A stretch of 64,000 nucleotides of DNA from Lama glama (GCA_028534125.1 CM052817.1:72914001-72978000), one strand, 5' to 3'; positions 27,769 to 42,620 are shown, counted from the first letter of the stretch. Notes: a model not told the origin generated them from the sequence alone. Program-made: numbers and translations.

Positions 27769-28539
27769 ACATCTCGTGCTGTTAGCTAGTATTAATTCTA
27801 ATCTTCTTCCATGGTAGTATTGTATATATATATTCAGTGTACCTATGGAAATGCATGATTTATATACATGTGAAAAGCAAGGATTGATTTATATTTGAAT
27901 TTTTTTCTGCTGAGTTATATAACTAAAATTAACCTAATACTAAGATAACTACTGAAAACAGATTTCAATGCGTACAAGTGTTCATATCATCCTAGCATAC
28001 TTTGTCCATGTGTTGAATGGTTATTGGTATCACAACTTTGTCTACTCAAGAGTTCCACCAGAGAAGACAAGCATATTTAGTGTAAGCTCTTAAATTTAAA
28101 GGAGGGCAAGAATGAAGTGATTTCCTTATAGAGAATTAACCAGTTAGTTATGACCATTTTTGATATCAATAAAAATACTCAATGTAAAACACTTTAGAAT
28201 AAATATATGAAGAAAAAATAACTTCATTAATCAGTATGTAAAGTTTTTTTAATAGTAATATAATGAAAAGGGTATAATGATTCTGCCATTTCTGGGTGAT
28301 ATAAATTCCCTTTGGAGTTTAAATGATTTGGAAATCAGTCTTTGAGCACTCTGTATTAGGCTACAGTCGCTCTAACAACCTGGCCATATACTAAAGATAT
28401 TTTCCTTCTCCATTTGTATCATATGGAACATCAATTGCTTTAACAACTGACTATAGTCATTGTATTATAGACAATTTTCTGCACTTATTATTTGTTTGTT
28501 CCTTATTTTTCTAGCTAGCATATATTTTCGTGGTAGCTT

Positions 28540-28660
28540 TTCATTCATTTATTCAAAAAATTTATTGGGCTACTATTTTTCTGGGTACTGCTGTAGGCAC
28601 CTGGGATACAAAGAAATAAACAGAAACAGGCACAAATCTCTCCTGTCATAAACTTGCATT
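28540..28660 (-). mobile_element. L2 3' end
   Basis: tcattcatttattcaaaaaatttattgggctacta...ctgggataca. Confidence 0.65.
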
Positions 28661-28964
28661 GTTTATGAGATTCACCCATTCCGCCCCCCCCCCCCCGCTT
28701 CCAGTTTCCTATATTTCATTACTACTACTATTGTTCCTACTATAAGCAAATCCAAATCTTTTGTGGAAAGATGAGAGGAAAAAGTTAATTATACACTTAA
28801 GTAAATTAATTAGACTTCATCTTTTTAAAAGTATATTTCTTAAGGAGTATTTATATAATGACCCCCTTATAATGAATTTGTATAAATATTTTGTTTTCTT
28901 TTTAATACCTGGTTCAGTTCCTTTGCACTAAGGAATTTAGAGGTTTGCAGTACAGTTTATTGGG

Positions 28965-29130
28965 AAAAGCTCAGAATTTATAGTCAGAAGACTCTGGTGT
29001 TCAAATTTGGACTGGTTGTCTGATTCTGGGGAAGTCACTTGACCTCTAGAGTCTAACAATACCCACTTTACGGTATTTTTGTGAGGAAAAATGCTTGGAA
29101 TGTGTGTGTTCAACAAGTTATTGGAAAGAT
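28965..29130 (+). mobile_element. MIR SINE
   Basis: agtcagaagactctggtgttcaaatt...gggaagtcacttgacctct. Confidence 0.55.
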
Positions 29131-32100
29131 GGCTATTAAGCAAAATGGGGAGAAGATTCTACTTAAAATGAAGGGAGGAATCAAATTGAAACCATAGGAT
29201 TTTTTTCTGAAGAACTTAAAATTATTTCACGAATAATTTTCTCTTAGCCAAGGCCCGATTTTAAAAGTGAGAGTCTTCAGCATATAAACCATATAAGCAT
29301 TAATAAAATCATTAGAATACATGAACCCTCCATCAAGAGAGACTATAGAGTAAGAATAGAAGATAGCCTGCAGATAAGTCCCTGAGAAACTCCAACACAA
29401 ACTCAGAGCGAAATGAGCCAGCAAAAGTAGATCCAAAGGACAAAGGAGGTGAAGACATCTAGAATGACTAGCAGGCTTCTTGCTTGTACTTCTGGGCTGT
29501 GCCACTGACTGAGGGTTGGGGACCCTAGAGGAAGACCAGCTTTAAGGCAGATGATTATGTGTTTGGTACAGGACTTTTTGAGTTTGATGTCCTATAAGAC
29601 ACCTACATGGAAATGTTGAATATGCAATTGAGCATACAAGTCTAGAAGTCCGAAAAGTTGCCTGAGCTGAGAAAGATAAGAAGGAAACCATGAATCTTTT
29701 ATAAAAGTACAGGTCATTTTAATTACTAAGGGAGAGTGCAGTAGTGTTTTAAAATGGTGATTTGAGTACATATCCTTCCTTATAAGTGGTTTAATGGCAA
29801 GGAGTATGGATTATATGCTTTGTGTATGTCACAGCACTTACCTTGCTTATGGTAGGCATCCAATTATTATTTATTAAATTGAACAAAATTGACTGAAGGA
29901 TTTATTTTGCAATCCAGACTGTTCCGTGAGACAGGGTCTGTGAGTTACCAGAATTGGAGTTTAGTAATCAAAGATTAGTGGTACTTGGGGAGGACCTGAC
30001 ACACACCAAGAACCAGAGTGTGGTTTCCTGAAAGTAAGCAGCTGTCAGTCTGGCAAATCAGTCAGTCTGTACAAGCTTGCCCGCAAGTAGGGCACCATAC
30101 ATCTTACATAAAATGCAAGTGCAAAACATGCTGAGAGGAGAGGATCATAACTTCAGAATGTGTCTACAGACTTTATTACAGTAGGCAGAAAACTTGTCGT
30201 CATTTTCACTATATCACTATTTACCCAAAATTAAAACAACTGATATACTCCACTATAAAGTAAGGTGGCTTTATGTAGATAAACTGTTTTTCAAAAACTT
30301 TCCTCAGTAAGAGATTTCATAAACCTACATACTTTTATTTACAAGACTAGATTCCTACAAATTCTTTAGTGTCATAAATGAGAAGCAATTTTCCCCACTT
30401 AATCCAAATAGGTGACTGATAACCCAGTCGGCATTTCATTTCATAAGAATTGCACCACAGTGGTTATTTCAGAATGTGAAGAACAATATCATCCAAGTCA
30501 CTGGATGTGACAAAAAGTGCAGTGTATAAAACAAGAAGCTGTTATTTTACAGAACACAATAAACAATTCCCAAACATTGTTATATAAGTGGCATTTTCAT
30601 AGCTTTTAAAAAAATTGTTCCATTCATAAGTACTGTTAAATTGACTATGAGACAAAATCTCATTTTAGTACTTAGTAAGCAATTAATGAGAAAAAGCTAA
30701 TAACTTTAAGACAACTTAATTCTAACAAAGATGGTTCATATATTTGCCTAGTTCTGTTAGACATACCAGCCATTTTTATCTTTAACTTTTCAAATATAAC
30801 ATGGGAAAGATATATAATAGCATAAGCAAATAGAATTTTCAAACTTTCATAAAATTATATAATTCCTTAGCCTAAGTACAAACTTAAAACACCTATACTA
30901 AAATTCAGTTTCAAAAGGGGACATTCACAAAGTCATAAATGTTGATGATTCCGTAGATTATGGTCAAGCAACCAGAATAGCAGTGATAGACCCAGTGCTT
31001 TTAAGAATCAGTACTTATCTACTTAGTGCTTTAGATTCTGACAGGTGCCTTTGATTTTGTATTATCTTTGCCTTTCGTGGTTTTGTCTTAAAAGGAAGTG
31101 TAACTTGCCTAATGCACAAATGTTCCAGTTCCAATTAGGATCCCTAGTTTGCTTCTTTTGCTTTAGGAATGAAAGTATGTTACAGTATAAAATCCATTTC
31201 TGTACTTTGATGTATAAATGTGAGTATTTGGGATTATGAATATTGATTAACCCTAAAAATAAATAGCAACGCCTCTAAAAAGGAGAAGATAGAAGAGCAG
31301 GAAAGATCTGGAACAATAAATATGAGGAATTGGATGGATAGTTACCAAGAGGTGACTCTCTCCACTTGAGAGTGTAAAGGAGTACCAAGAATGCTGAGAC
31401 GGCAAGATTTTATAAGGAGGCATTTGAGCACAATTTTTACCAGCAACAACACTAAGCAGCCTAGAAGAAGAAGCAGGGAACTTGGTGGCTGCTGAAAGTC
31501 AGAGTGCGGAAGAATATGTGGCTATGAATTCATAGTTGAAATGGTAGACTGTGGGTTCTGAATTGCAAAGAGAAAATAAAGGGCTAAATATATACCTAAT
31601 CCAAAGGTTTTTAAAATTTATAACTACTTTCTTAATATCTATTTTCACGTATTTGTTTATCACAATATGATGCTCTCTCCTGGTATTATGCAAATGTGAG
31701 ACTCCTGCCCTTTTGAAAGAAAGCAACAAGATCTTTTTTAAAACAGGGCTTTCTTTTGAGAGGCCTAGTGGAACGGTGAAGTAGATTGAGAGAAGCAAAA
31801 TTCTAGTATTTTGCAGGGGAAGACTTTTCAGTCTAAAATCACCCTAGAACCGAATCCAAGCTTGTTTCTATCATTGTTCTTCCGCCTTCACTTTTGTCTC
31901 TCCATAATTACAGTCAACCAAAATTATGTTACTTCTGAAGGCAGCTTTTCCATAATCATTGAAGCACATTCCACTATGTTAGAAGTTCACTGTTCATACT
32001 ACAAAGGCAAGAAAATTTCAAGGGAAAGAAAAGGTGTTTATTTTCTGTCCAGATAAGACACAGGTTTCTCTCTTAACTGGATGCAGTTAGATAAATGAAA

Positions 32101-33939
32101 CAAACAATCAAAAATATCTGCCTCAGTAGTGTTCTTTGTGCTCAGTCTTTATGCCAATTTATGTTGCTTTTCTTCTGAGGAGCAGTGGTGGGATTAAGAA
32201 TTAGATGTTGGTTTCATTTTTATTTTTAAAGAAAGAAAAATTTTTAATCGTGGTCAAATTGTGTTATGGTTCAGACCAGCTGCTATACTGTACAGTGAGC
32301 TAAATGTAAACATCACAAAACCATTTTAAATGATTTATTATTTTTGCTATATAACTGAATCAAGACAAGTTAACTGAACTGTTGAAAACTGCCATATTAA
32401 AACAAATAGAATGTGAATGATTATAGGATTCAGTTTATATTTGTAAGAAAGCATATAGTGTAGGGCTTTAGAAAAGAATGAAAATGAGTCTTCGCTCCAC
32501 CAGTTATTAGGTGAACTTGACTACAGTACATAATCTCTCTTCAGTTTCCTTTACATTTTGAAGATCAAAGTACTTAAAGCACTGCCCAGCACATAGTAGA
32601 TATTCAAAAAATATTAGGGCTTTTAAAATTAATAAATATGTTATGAAAACCATTTAAAAACTTTACTTAAACATAATTTAGTTGTTGCTTTAGATGAAGA
32701 AGATTAAAAATCAAAAAATGAATCTTTGCAGATAATGAAATGCTGAAGTAAAGATGTTTTAACCACAGAATCAGTTTGTAGTACATCAGTACTATAAACA
32801 CCTATTCTATTTTATAACAAGACAAAAGCAGTTGAACACTCCATATCACTTTTTAAAATATCATCTAACTAAATATTTGAAAGCATTCCATTAGTATTTT
32901 TGCCAGCTCTCCTGATATATTTTTTGACTAAATTGACCTTTTTTGAACTAAATGTCAAGCATTTTGTGACTATCAAACACGTCATATTTTGCCTTAAAAT
33001 ATGTTTATTTCATATAAATGTTAACCTTTTTACTAAGTTGTTAGCTTGTTGAAGTTAAGGATATAGTTTTATTTATCTAATACATTATAAGCACCAGGAA
33101 AGTTTTGTTGAATTAAATTTGTTCTATAAAGTAGAAGTGTTTTTACAGCAAAATAACTATAAATGTTATATTGAATATACATGATAGCTTAAAGTAGTTT
33201 TATTTGTTCTTATTTGTATTAGTATGTTTTTTCTTTGTTTACTTTTTTTGTTCTGGGCTGCCAGAACAAAAAGTTGGGGAGTTAGGAAGGAGGAGATGAT
33301 TTTATTACCCACAGAGCATTCTTGATTTACTTCTGACATTTCTCATCTCTTACAAACTTTTCCAGAGGGTTATAAATATTGATAAAAGCATCTTACTATG
33401 CTAAAAATTATTTTTAAAAAATAGATATGAGTGTAAAATTTAATGTGTTGAATGAAAGCAACTAAAGGGAAAAGCAGGACTATTCTGAGATTTAAATTTC
33501 AAGTTAACCTTTCTTAGGCTTAATTTTAAAAAATGAGTTAATTATCAGCTAAAGTAATTGCTAGACTCTGCTGAGCAAAGAAGGAAAATTACCTCTTTAA
33601 TGGTTGGTATGAGAGGAAATAAGACAGGAAAAAAAGCCTTTTTTTTATTCATTTAAACTTTACATATAAGTAAATATTTAAAGACTTTTAAAGAAGTTGG
33701 GTGGCGGGTTAGTGGAAGAACTATATGATTAAATAGAACCTCAGAAGTTGAACTTTTACACTCAGAATTTGATTATCACAGCATATATGAAAAATAATGA
33801 CTATTCAGTGTGCTTAAGGTCTGAGGGCTGATACCAGAAAATGAGCTGAGTACCATCCAGGATCCCCTGGCTCACCCTTACAGAAATCATCCTTCAATTC
33901 ACCATCAAAAGTAATTAATGTCCAGAAACAACCATGGCA

Positions 33940-36775
33940 AGACTTCCAGAACAATGAAGTAAGAAATTCAGCAGACCTTATCCCAGCAAAATAGCAATTT
34001 AACTGGTGAAAATTACTTAAAACAAAATAATCGTTTAAAATCTTTAGCAATCATCCTAAGAGCATACAGCAAATGAAGAAACAGTCATTAAAGACAATCT
34101 GCTAAATCTAGATACAGTGATTATTTGTGGCAGTTAAGCCACACCCTAATCCATTACCTCCCCATCACAGTGCCCTGTTGTAGAAGCTCCAGCTCCAGCA
34201 TGTGTAGCCAAGAAGATGAGGTTCCACTCTCCTCCTAACTCCCAGTCTAGGGCTACAGTTTTCACCCTGGAGGGGAAGACTTTCTCATCCCTTTCCTCCA
34301 TCCCCTCCCAGCTCCATGTTACCGGAAGTCTATTCTAGTAGGTGTGGCAGGAAGGACCAGGTCTCCCTTCTTCAAGCAAATCCCACCCTAGGCACAGCAA
34401 GCTGATAACACTGAGGCCCTATTACCTGTCCCAACTCACTACAGGCTATAGGTTCCACACCAGAAGAGGCAAGCCAAGACCAAAAGCTGCTCCCCACGCC
34501 CTGCTTGTAGAGCAAAGTTGTCACCCTCGGAAAAGAGGGCCCCTCCTCCAAACTCCAATGCAATGCTGCAGGTGTTCTGCCCAGGGAAAAGGCAGACCGT
34601 AAAATTAAAGAGTTCTTTGGATCTGCCTGAGAAGATGGACTTTATTTGGAAGAAGGGGTGGGGAACTCCATGCCTAAGGCTGTTGTTGAAAACAGTACAG
34701 GTCTTGATGAAGAGCAAGTGAGAGGAGGCTGATAGCACTACAATACATCAAAACAACAGAGCATCCAGAAGTTTTAAAGAGAAAACCAGGGGAAGAGTCA
34801 GCCATGAAGAACCCTCCTGGGATCATAGTCATCAGAGGATCAGGAAGGCAAGTATGCTTTGCTAGGCTGCACCCACTCAGGAACAATTGTAGCAGGATGT
34901 GGTGTAGACTTGAAAGCATTCCCTAAGCTGCGCACAGACCCATCAAAACAGGGCAGAAGCCTCACAGGAACAAGGAGATTAAATGCAACCTGTGGCCAAA
35001 CACTGATTGAACAATAAGCTACTCTGACCGAGGGACAACTCCTAGTAAGCAAGGCTCAAAAATGTCACAGCCACCCCTGACAGTCTTTAAAATTGTGTTC
35101 ATGCCCAAGGATGTACCCAAGTCTCAGGAAAAGTCAGAGTAGGAACCTTAAAGCTACTAGACCTGGCTGTGAATGTAGGGCAAAGAAGTAAAATCTCTGA
35201 ACTATGATAGCAGTCTCCAAGCTACAGATACAGCCAATGGTAAAGAATAAAAATCAACTGACTAAGGGGCCTTAAGCACAACTTTTAACCAATAAATGGC
35301 TAGACTAGCCCAGGGACAACACCTAGGTAATGAGGCTAAAATATTAAAACAAGTAGAAAAAATATGAGTAGGAAAATCAGAGGCTGTACACTGCAGAGGA
35401 ATAGACTTTACTGAATTAGTTCAGCCAAGTCACTAAACAAATAAACAAGCAAACAACAACAACAACCATCTCCAGAGTAGGGGTATGGAATCAGTATCTA
35501 GTATTGCTAAAATATACCTAAAATGTCCAGGTATTGGCAAAAAATGATGAAACCTGGAAAGAAGCAGGAAAGTATGATCCACAAATAGGAAAAAAAAAGC
35601 AGGCAATAGAAAATGTCTTCAATTGGGTACAGATGATGTACTTGGCAGACAAAGACTTCAGAACAATGATTATAAATATATTCAAAGAACTGAAGGAAAC
35701 ATGCTTTAAAAATGAAAGTATGATGACAGTGTCTCATCAAATAGTGAATATTCACAGAATTTTTTTTAATTAAATGGAAATTCTGGAGTTAAAAGTACAG
35801 TAACCCAAATGAAAATTATTTGAGTTGGCAGAAGATAAAAATCAGTGAACTTAAAAGGTAAAGCAATAGAGATTATGCAATCTGAAAAACAGAAAAAAAG
35901 AATGGAAAACATGAACAGAGCCTCAGAGAATTGTGGGACATGATTAAGCACATCAACAAACAAATAATGAGGATATCAGGAGAAAAGAGAACAAGACAGA
36001 AGAAATCTTCTATGATATAATGGCTGAAAATTTTTCAAACTTAATGAAAAGCATTAAGCTATGCATAGATGAAATTCAGTGAAATCTAAGTAGGATAAAC
36101 AAAGTGATCTACATCCAGATACATCATGATTAAAACATTGAAAGACAAAGAGAAAATCTTGAAAGCAGCAAGGGAGGAACAACTCATCACATACAAGGAA
36201 ACCCCAGTAAGATCAATAGTTGATTTTGCCTCAGAAACTTGGACGGAAGGCAATAGGACAACACATTCAAAGTGCTGAAAGTAAAAACCTGTCCATGAAC
36301 AATCTTATATCCAGCAAAATTACCTTTCAAAAATGAATGTGAAACACTTTCCCAGATAAATAAAAACAGAATTTTTTGCCAGTAGACCCGTCTTACAAGA
36401 ACTAACTTCAAAGGAAGTTATAAGGATGAAAACATGTGATGCCAGACTTTGAATTCACATACACACACACACTCTCTCTCTCACACACACATACACACAA
36501 ACACAAATAGCACTGGTGAAGGTGATCATGTAATTGCAAACGATAGTATAATTGCTCATCTTCTCTTGACTGATTTAAAAGTGGTTGCAGAAAACAATAT
36601 GTATATAATTGTTGAGTCTATACCGTTGAAATATATTTGACAAGATCAGCACAAAACATAAAGGTGGAAAAAAACTTGTACTGGAGTAAGGAAATGATAC
36701 CAAATGGTAACTCACATTCTTAGTTAGAAATAAAGAGAAGCAGAAAGGGAGGTATTGAGAAGACAGTTTGTACAC
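33940..36775 (+). mobile_element. Old L1 5' half (5' UTR plus decayed ORF1)
   Basis: 5' UTR start gacttccaga...tttaactggtgaaaatta...agcatacagcaaatgaagaaac; ORF1 remnants (LADKDFRTMIINIFKELKE; gagaaaatcttgaaagcagcaagg; tatccagcaaaattacctttcaaaaatgaa). Confidence 0.8.
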
Positions 36776-36932
36776 CAGCCAACAAATAAGAGAGATTAGA
36801 AAATTGTAAGTGCCTGTTCTTTTCTCTTCTTTTGAGACACTTTCTCACAATTGTTTATGATTAGGAACCAATATCATTTTCCTGATTCCAGGAGTCCACT
36901 TACAAGGACAAAGGGCAGGATTTAGAACAGAA

Positions 36933-36935
<3 letters not shown>

Positions 36936-36979
<44 letters not shown>
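36936..36979. repeat. (GT)22 microsatellite
   Basis: Perfect dinucleotide run, read directly. Confidence 0.97.
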
Positions 36980-36980
<1 letters not shown>

Positions 36981-37769
36981 GGGGGGAGGAAACATACAAA
37001 CAGATAAGCCTCTTGAACTATTACAGTATATAATCTTGCCAAGTCCTATGGTTAATGCAATAATGAAAATATTATTCTGGGGTTTAATTTTTAATTAACT
37101 GATAAAGCACTCTTTATTAGTGTTCTTCACATACTGATTTCCCTGGCATGCAGTAATTGGGATCTTCACTGCTGTTTGTCTCATTACATCTTACCTAATT
37201 TCAGCTAACTTTCCATGCAGAATGTGTCCTCCATTTAAAAGGCTTTCCTTGCCCTGCCTCAAAATTTTCCATCTTATCTAAAAATTCCGGTTTTGGCTTT
37301 ATAAATGCTCATACTTTATGACTAAGCAATAAAGAACCTTTTACATACTGAGTTTTAAAATGGGAGTAATATTGCCTAACTAGTATAGAGCCATAGTTGT
37401 GGAATCATTCTAAAATTCAATCTTGGTTCTTCCACATAATATCTATATATTATATATCTCTATTTGAGCAAGTAGTCTCAGACTCACCATAATATACCTA
37501 TCTCATAGGGTTATTTTGAATTTTAAATAGGGTAACATATGAAACAAGGATAGTAGATGTTAACACAGTGTTTGTTACCTTAAGCCTTAACATGTGAGTG
37601 GAGGTGATGCAGAGGGCAGGGTATGTGACTAGAATAGAGCTCATTTTAGGGGACAGTTAGAAAGTAGGCCAAATTAGTAGAACGGTTACATCAAACACCT
37701 TGTAAGATGTTGTAATCTATGATGGAAGTGCCTAAAATATGACAGGCACTGAGAATATAAAAGTTAAAG

Positions 37770-38048
37770 GGGAGGGAGAATTGGAGAAATCTGGTCAAAA
37801 GGTTCAGACTTCCAGTTACAAGATAAATCAGTACTAGGTATGTAATATACAACATGATGACTATAGTTAACACTGCTGTATGATATAAATGAAAGTTGTT
37901 AGAGTAAATCCTAAGAGTTCTCATCCCCAGGGTTTTTTTTTTTTCCTATTTTTGCTTTCTCTTTTTATTGTATCTATATGAGATAATGCAAACAAACCTT
38001 TTATGGTAAATAGCATTTCACAACATGTGTAAGTCAAATCAAAAAAGA
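37770..38048 (+). mobile_element. L1MA9-like 3' UTR fragment nested in L2
   Basis: ggtcaaaaggttcagacttccagttacaagataaat...gactatagttaacactg...gagtaaatcctaagagttctcat; degenerate flanking repeat aaagttaaaggg/agagttaagaggg. Confidence 0.75.
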
Positions 38049-39160
38049 AAGAGTTAAGAGGGAAAAACATAATTTTTGCTTTTTTGCTGCTTACAGGCCA
38101 GTGAAGAAATAAACATGAATCAGATAATCACACAAGCAAAACACAAAATTCATCTGAGATAAGGATAGCTATGTGGTGTGATAAGTGCATTTAATAAGAA
38201 GAGTTTTCTAGCAGAAAAGTCAGGACAGCCTTCCTCAAGATCTGAAGAATGAATAGGAATTACTAAATAAAGAGAAGAGGGTGGAAAGTACCAGGCAGAG
38301 GGAATAACTTCTCAAAAGTTCTGGGTCAAGGAAAGCAGGTGAGTTTGAGAGACTCAAATTAGGACAGGGAGGCTAAAGTAGAGAAAGGGAAGGAGGTATC
38401 AGAGTGTAAGATGAGAACAAGTGAGATAGGTAGGTAGAATCATACAGGAAGAAGTAAGCGGATTAGGGAGATACTTAGAATTTAGGTGTTAAAAGCAGTA
38501 GAACCCACTAATAAATTGAATATGGGAAATTAGGAAAAAGAAGGTTTTGCAGATCATGCCTGGGTTTCTGGATTGTAGAAATTAAAGATGAATTTTATTC
38601 CTGAGAATCTGTTCATTGAATGAAGACCAGTTTTGAGGAGGAAGATCATAGGTTTGACCTTGGATCTGATGAACATTAAAGTATATTCAAGATATCCAAG
38701 TGTAACTGTTGAGAAGGCAGTTGAATATATGGGTGCAGAAGAAGGGCTTGAGCTGAATATAGTATTTAAATAACTGATTTATTGTTGGTAACTGAAACTG
38801 TAAGATTTGGATGAGCTTATGTGGGAAGAAAATATGGAAGAAAAAAGAGATGAGGGCTTAAGGCCAGAGATTGAGGACCAATATTTAATAGCTAATTGAG
38901 GATGATGAACCGACAAAGCAGGCTGAGAAAGATACAGCCAGAGGGATGAAAACAGAACAGGAGGATGTGATATCATATAAATTCAAAAGAAAAGTAAAAA
39001 TGGTTATCATTAATGCTGCTTAGGGGTTGAATAAAATAAGAACTGAAAACTCTCTAACTTATTGATGTGGCAGTTTATTGATAACCTTTTCAAGACCTAT
39101 TTTGGTGGTATGATGGGGACAGAAGCCAGACTGGAGTAGGTTGAGGTCTGAACAGAAGAT

Positions 39161-39640
39161 TGTTGGGAGCAATTCTCCATGGATCTCTTGCACTGAGAAC
39201 TTCTGTTCATGACTGTTTTTCAAGGATGTTTGTTAAGTGAACAAACTTGAAAGATAGGAATAGTGTCTCCTTGAGGAATAGAGGGCAGATTTGTTTGCTC
39301 TCCAATATAATAAAGATGATGTCTCCCTCTGGGACAAAGGTCAGGCAGATTTGCTTACAGCCCGTTATAAAAGATTAGCGTTCCCTAAGCTCAGAGTTCC
39401 TCAGCTGTGACACAAATCCACTGCATGCAGCATCTACCTATGCCACTGTCACCCTGTGGGACTTAGGAGGCAACCAGCATCAACATGAAACTTGGGCTGC
39501 TTCCTGTGGCATGAGTAATAAAGTCCTTTATCTCAGACCCAGGAGGCTTGTGTCTTTTGCCAATATCCATGAAACCATGATAGGCTAACTTGTTAACATG
39601 CAAGTAGGATAAAATATCAGTCCCTTCACAGTTCCTGATA
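39161..39640 (+). mobile_element. LTR40-like ERVL solo LTR, full length
   Basis: Starts TGTTGGGAGCAATTCTCCATGG; TTATAAAA and AATAAA present; perfect 5-bp TSD AAGAT at 39156-39160 and 39641-39645. Confidence 0.85.
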
Positions 39641-40449
39641 AAGATGAAGAACTGGATACAAGCAAAGTGAATTGTCTCAAAGAGTTTGATTATGAAGAAG
39701 AAAAGGCAAGGCAAATCTAGAGGACAATGTGGCTTAGATGAATTAAGGGGGAAAGATGTATAAATGTATAAATACTGATGAAAAGAAGCCAATCGAGTGG
39801 GGAAGACTGAATAAATATGAGACAGAGGGATAATGGAGAAGGGATACTATAAAGTAGGAAAGGATGTGAGCCTAAGCATGGGTAAGAGGAAGTGGACAAA
39901 GATGGAGGAGTACTTCCTTATTTCTTTATTTGTAACAAAAGAGAATACAAGGAAGATGGACATAAACTTTGATACTTTTAGTATTACGAAGTTAAGGACA
40001 CTCTGCTGACTGCTTCTTTTTCCTGAGAAATAGAAGATCCAGTAATTTGCTGAAGGAGAGGGATAAAGACAGGAGTAGGAGGCAGCTCAAGATTTTTAAA
40101 AGAAGAGATTTGAAGTAGTCTTTGTAGAGAGCAGAGAAAAAAAAAAGAGATGAGCAGAGAAATGAAGAAGGAATGTATTTGAGGATCTGTTTAGTGTTGT
40201 CATAAACTATTGGTACCCTATCGTGTGACTTTCCAGAGCATCACACTCAGGTGCAGACACAAAAAATAGTTGTTACTCCGAGATTAGGGTTTTGCCCTAT
40301 GAGACAAAATTGTTTAAAATTTTATTAAAATTTGGGTCATAGAGCTCAAGCTGAATGAGGAGACTGAAGAAGGAAGAGGGTAAGTGGATTGAGAGAAGTT
40401 AGACACTGGACTACAATCCTAGTGAAGTCGAAAAACAGTCAATGGAGTA

Positions 40450-40889
40450 CAGGTATTCCCTGCTTTTTAAAAATTTGCCTTCCACCACTTCACTTTTATG
40501 AAAGACCTTCATTAGTTTGTTCCTGCTTTTGATAATCAAAAGAAGTCCAAAGAGGATTTTGCTTGTAAGAAAAAAAGGTGTAAAGGGAAAAGAGTGCTCA
40601 ATATTTGTTTTGCAGCGAGCTATTACAGAAACAGCATACATCCCAAGTAGCTATAGAGGGACCCCACCAAACTCCTTTCCTCGGAACTACACTCAGCATC
40701 TCAGCATCTCAGCATCAGGCCACCATAGCTTTGAATTGTGTCTGTGAGCATCTGTGCTTTTTTCTCAGTTTGTTTTATGTATCCATTAGCAAGATGTGTC
40801 CTAAGAGAATTGCTTCTTCGCTTTACTCCATCTTGGCTTACGAAAGGTTTCATAGGAACACTCTACTTTTGGATAGCAGGTGAAACCTA
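40450..40889. mobile_element. Tigger-type (TcMar) non-autonomous DNA transposon, probably an artiodactyl subfamily
   Basis: TA|CAGGTATTCCCTGCT ... AGCAGGTGAAACCTA|CA imperfect terminal inverted repeats with a TA target; internal (CTCAGCAT)3 at 40692-40715. Confidence 0.75.
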
Positions 40890-41542
40890 CAGTTGAATAA
40901 ACAAGTTCAAAGGAGAAGAGGTTGCAGAAAGAAGACTTAGGAATTATTCATTAATTCATTTCTTCATTTAATGAACCTAAATTCGCAGATTACTATGTGC
41001 TACCTAAAAATTGTCTCCCTTTTGCTCATTATACATCTTGAAATGTATACTGAAATAAATTTACCTTCCCAATTAGGATTTCCATGGGCTTGGGATATTG
41101 AGTCTGGCTCTGCTTGATAGCTAGGTAAGGTTAACCTAATGTGACAAAAAGAAATCAGCATCTTAGCTTTTACTCTGTATCCTTTTGTGTTATCTGAATA
41201 TTTATAATAACCATGTATCCATGTATTCTTATGTAGTTTTTTAAAACTTTTAGAAAATTATATCTAAAAATTTCCACTTGCATAACTCTCATTATTTTTT
41301 TACTATTATTAATACATTTATCATGTCCATTATTGCTAGTACAATAAAACAGTAAAACCAAATTAATGAGGAAGTTGTGCACTATAGTTAAGAACGCAGG
41401 CTTTTAAATTAACAAATCATACTTATTATAATAAAAGAAGATTAAATGGCATAATGAATATAAAGTGCTTAACACAATATCTAGCATATAGTAAACATTC
41501 AGTTAATGGTAGCTCTTACTATTTTTTTATCGTCATCATCAT

Positions 41543-42075
41543 GTATAGTCAGAACTCTTGGTTCCAAGTGACAAAACTTCAACTTTTAATAGATTTTTAC
41601 AAAACAAGAATTTAGTGGCTCATGTTATTTAAAGAAAAAAAAAGGCAGATGCGCTAGCTGGATTCAAGTATTCACACAACATCAACTATGTCATTTCTTG
41701 GCTTTACTTTATATTGGCTTCATTCATAGCAAGCTTTCCCCTTATTGTAATAAGATGCCCTACATCTTACCAGCTAACCAATAGCAGTGGGGGAAAAAAA
41801 TGTCTCTTTTTCAATAGTTACAGCAGAAGTTTTAGGTAGAGCTTTCATTGGCTTGTCTTGGATTGTAATGCTCATTCCTTAACTAATCACATGCCCAAGG
41901 AAATGAAATGTTCTGATTGGCCAGGCCTGGAACTAGGGAATAGGGACATATTCAGCCAAAAGACATGGACCAAGAGTGGGTAGGGGAAGGTTTCCCCAAA
42001 GTTAAATCAAGAAATACCAGCAGAAGAAAGTAGAATAAAAAGCACACAGTCAAAAATAGCAGATTTCCAATACTG
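41543..42075 (-). mobile_element. MLT1-type (MaLR) LTR
   Basis: tagtcagaactcttggttccaagtgacaaaa...ttctgattggccaggcctgg...ggtttccccaaag. Confidence 0.6.
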
Positions 42076-42409
42076 TATACGGGAAAGCAATTGAAAGTCA
42101 ATCTTAAATTGTCACCCAGTCAGTAAAAGCCTGTTTATAGACTGTAGCTTGCACTCTTCTTAAAGTGAATAAGCAGGTTCTGCCACACTAATGTGCACAG
42201 ATTGTTCCATAAGGTAAGGATGTGCCATAGAAAACATCCCCTCTCTATTTCTATATAATTAAATTGTCATAACACTTAAGAAAAACACAACTGAATTTAA
42301 TTATCATGAGAAAGATGATAACTAAGGTATTTATTCTCTCAGACAGCATATTACAACAGAAAGATTAGAAATAAAAATCACAAGACTTAAATTCGACTGA
42401 AAGTATAGT

Positions 42410-42620
42410 AATAATAGTTACCATATATTGAGTGATTATTGTGTGTATTCTAAAAGCTTTTCATGTTTCCTTATTTTATTATCACAACTCTATGAGGTAG
42501 ATAAATGCCCCTTTTATACATAAGAAAACTGAGGGTCAGTGGTTAAGTAATTTGCCCTGTCTACACGACAGAGAAAGATTTGAATCTATCCTCTTTGCTT
42601 TCAAAACTTGTATTTTTTGT
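42410..42620 (-). mobile_element. MIR SINE
   Basis: cacaactctatgaggtag...ttttatacataagaaaactgaggg...ggttaagtaatttgccc. Confidence 0.75.

Larger units (their letters stand above)
37715..40390 (-). mobile_element. Long L2 LINE remnant, interrupted by younger insertions
   Basis: Purine-rich reverse L2 motifs (gatctgaagaatgaataggaat, gaaggcagttgaatatatggg, gggacagaagccagactggagtaggttgagg). Confidence 0.7.
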
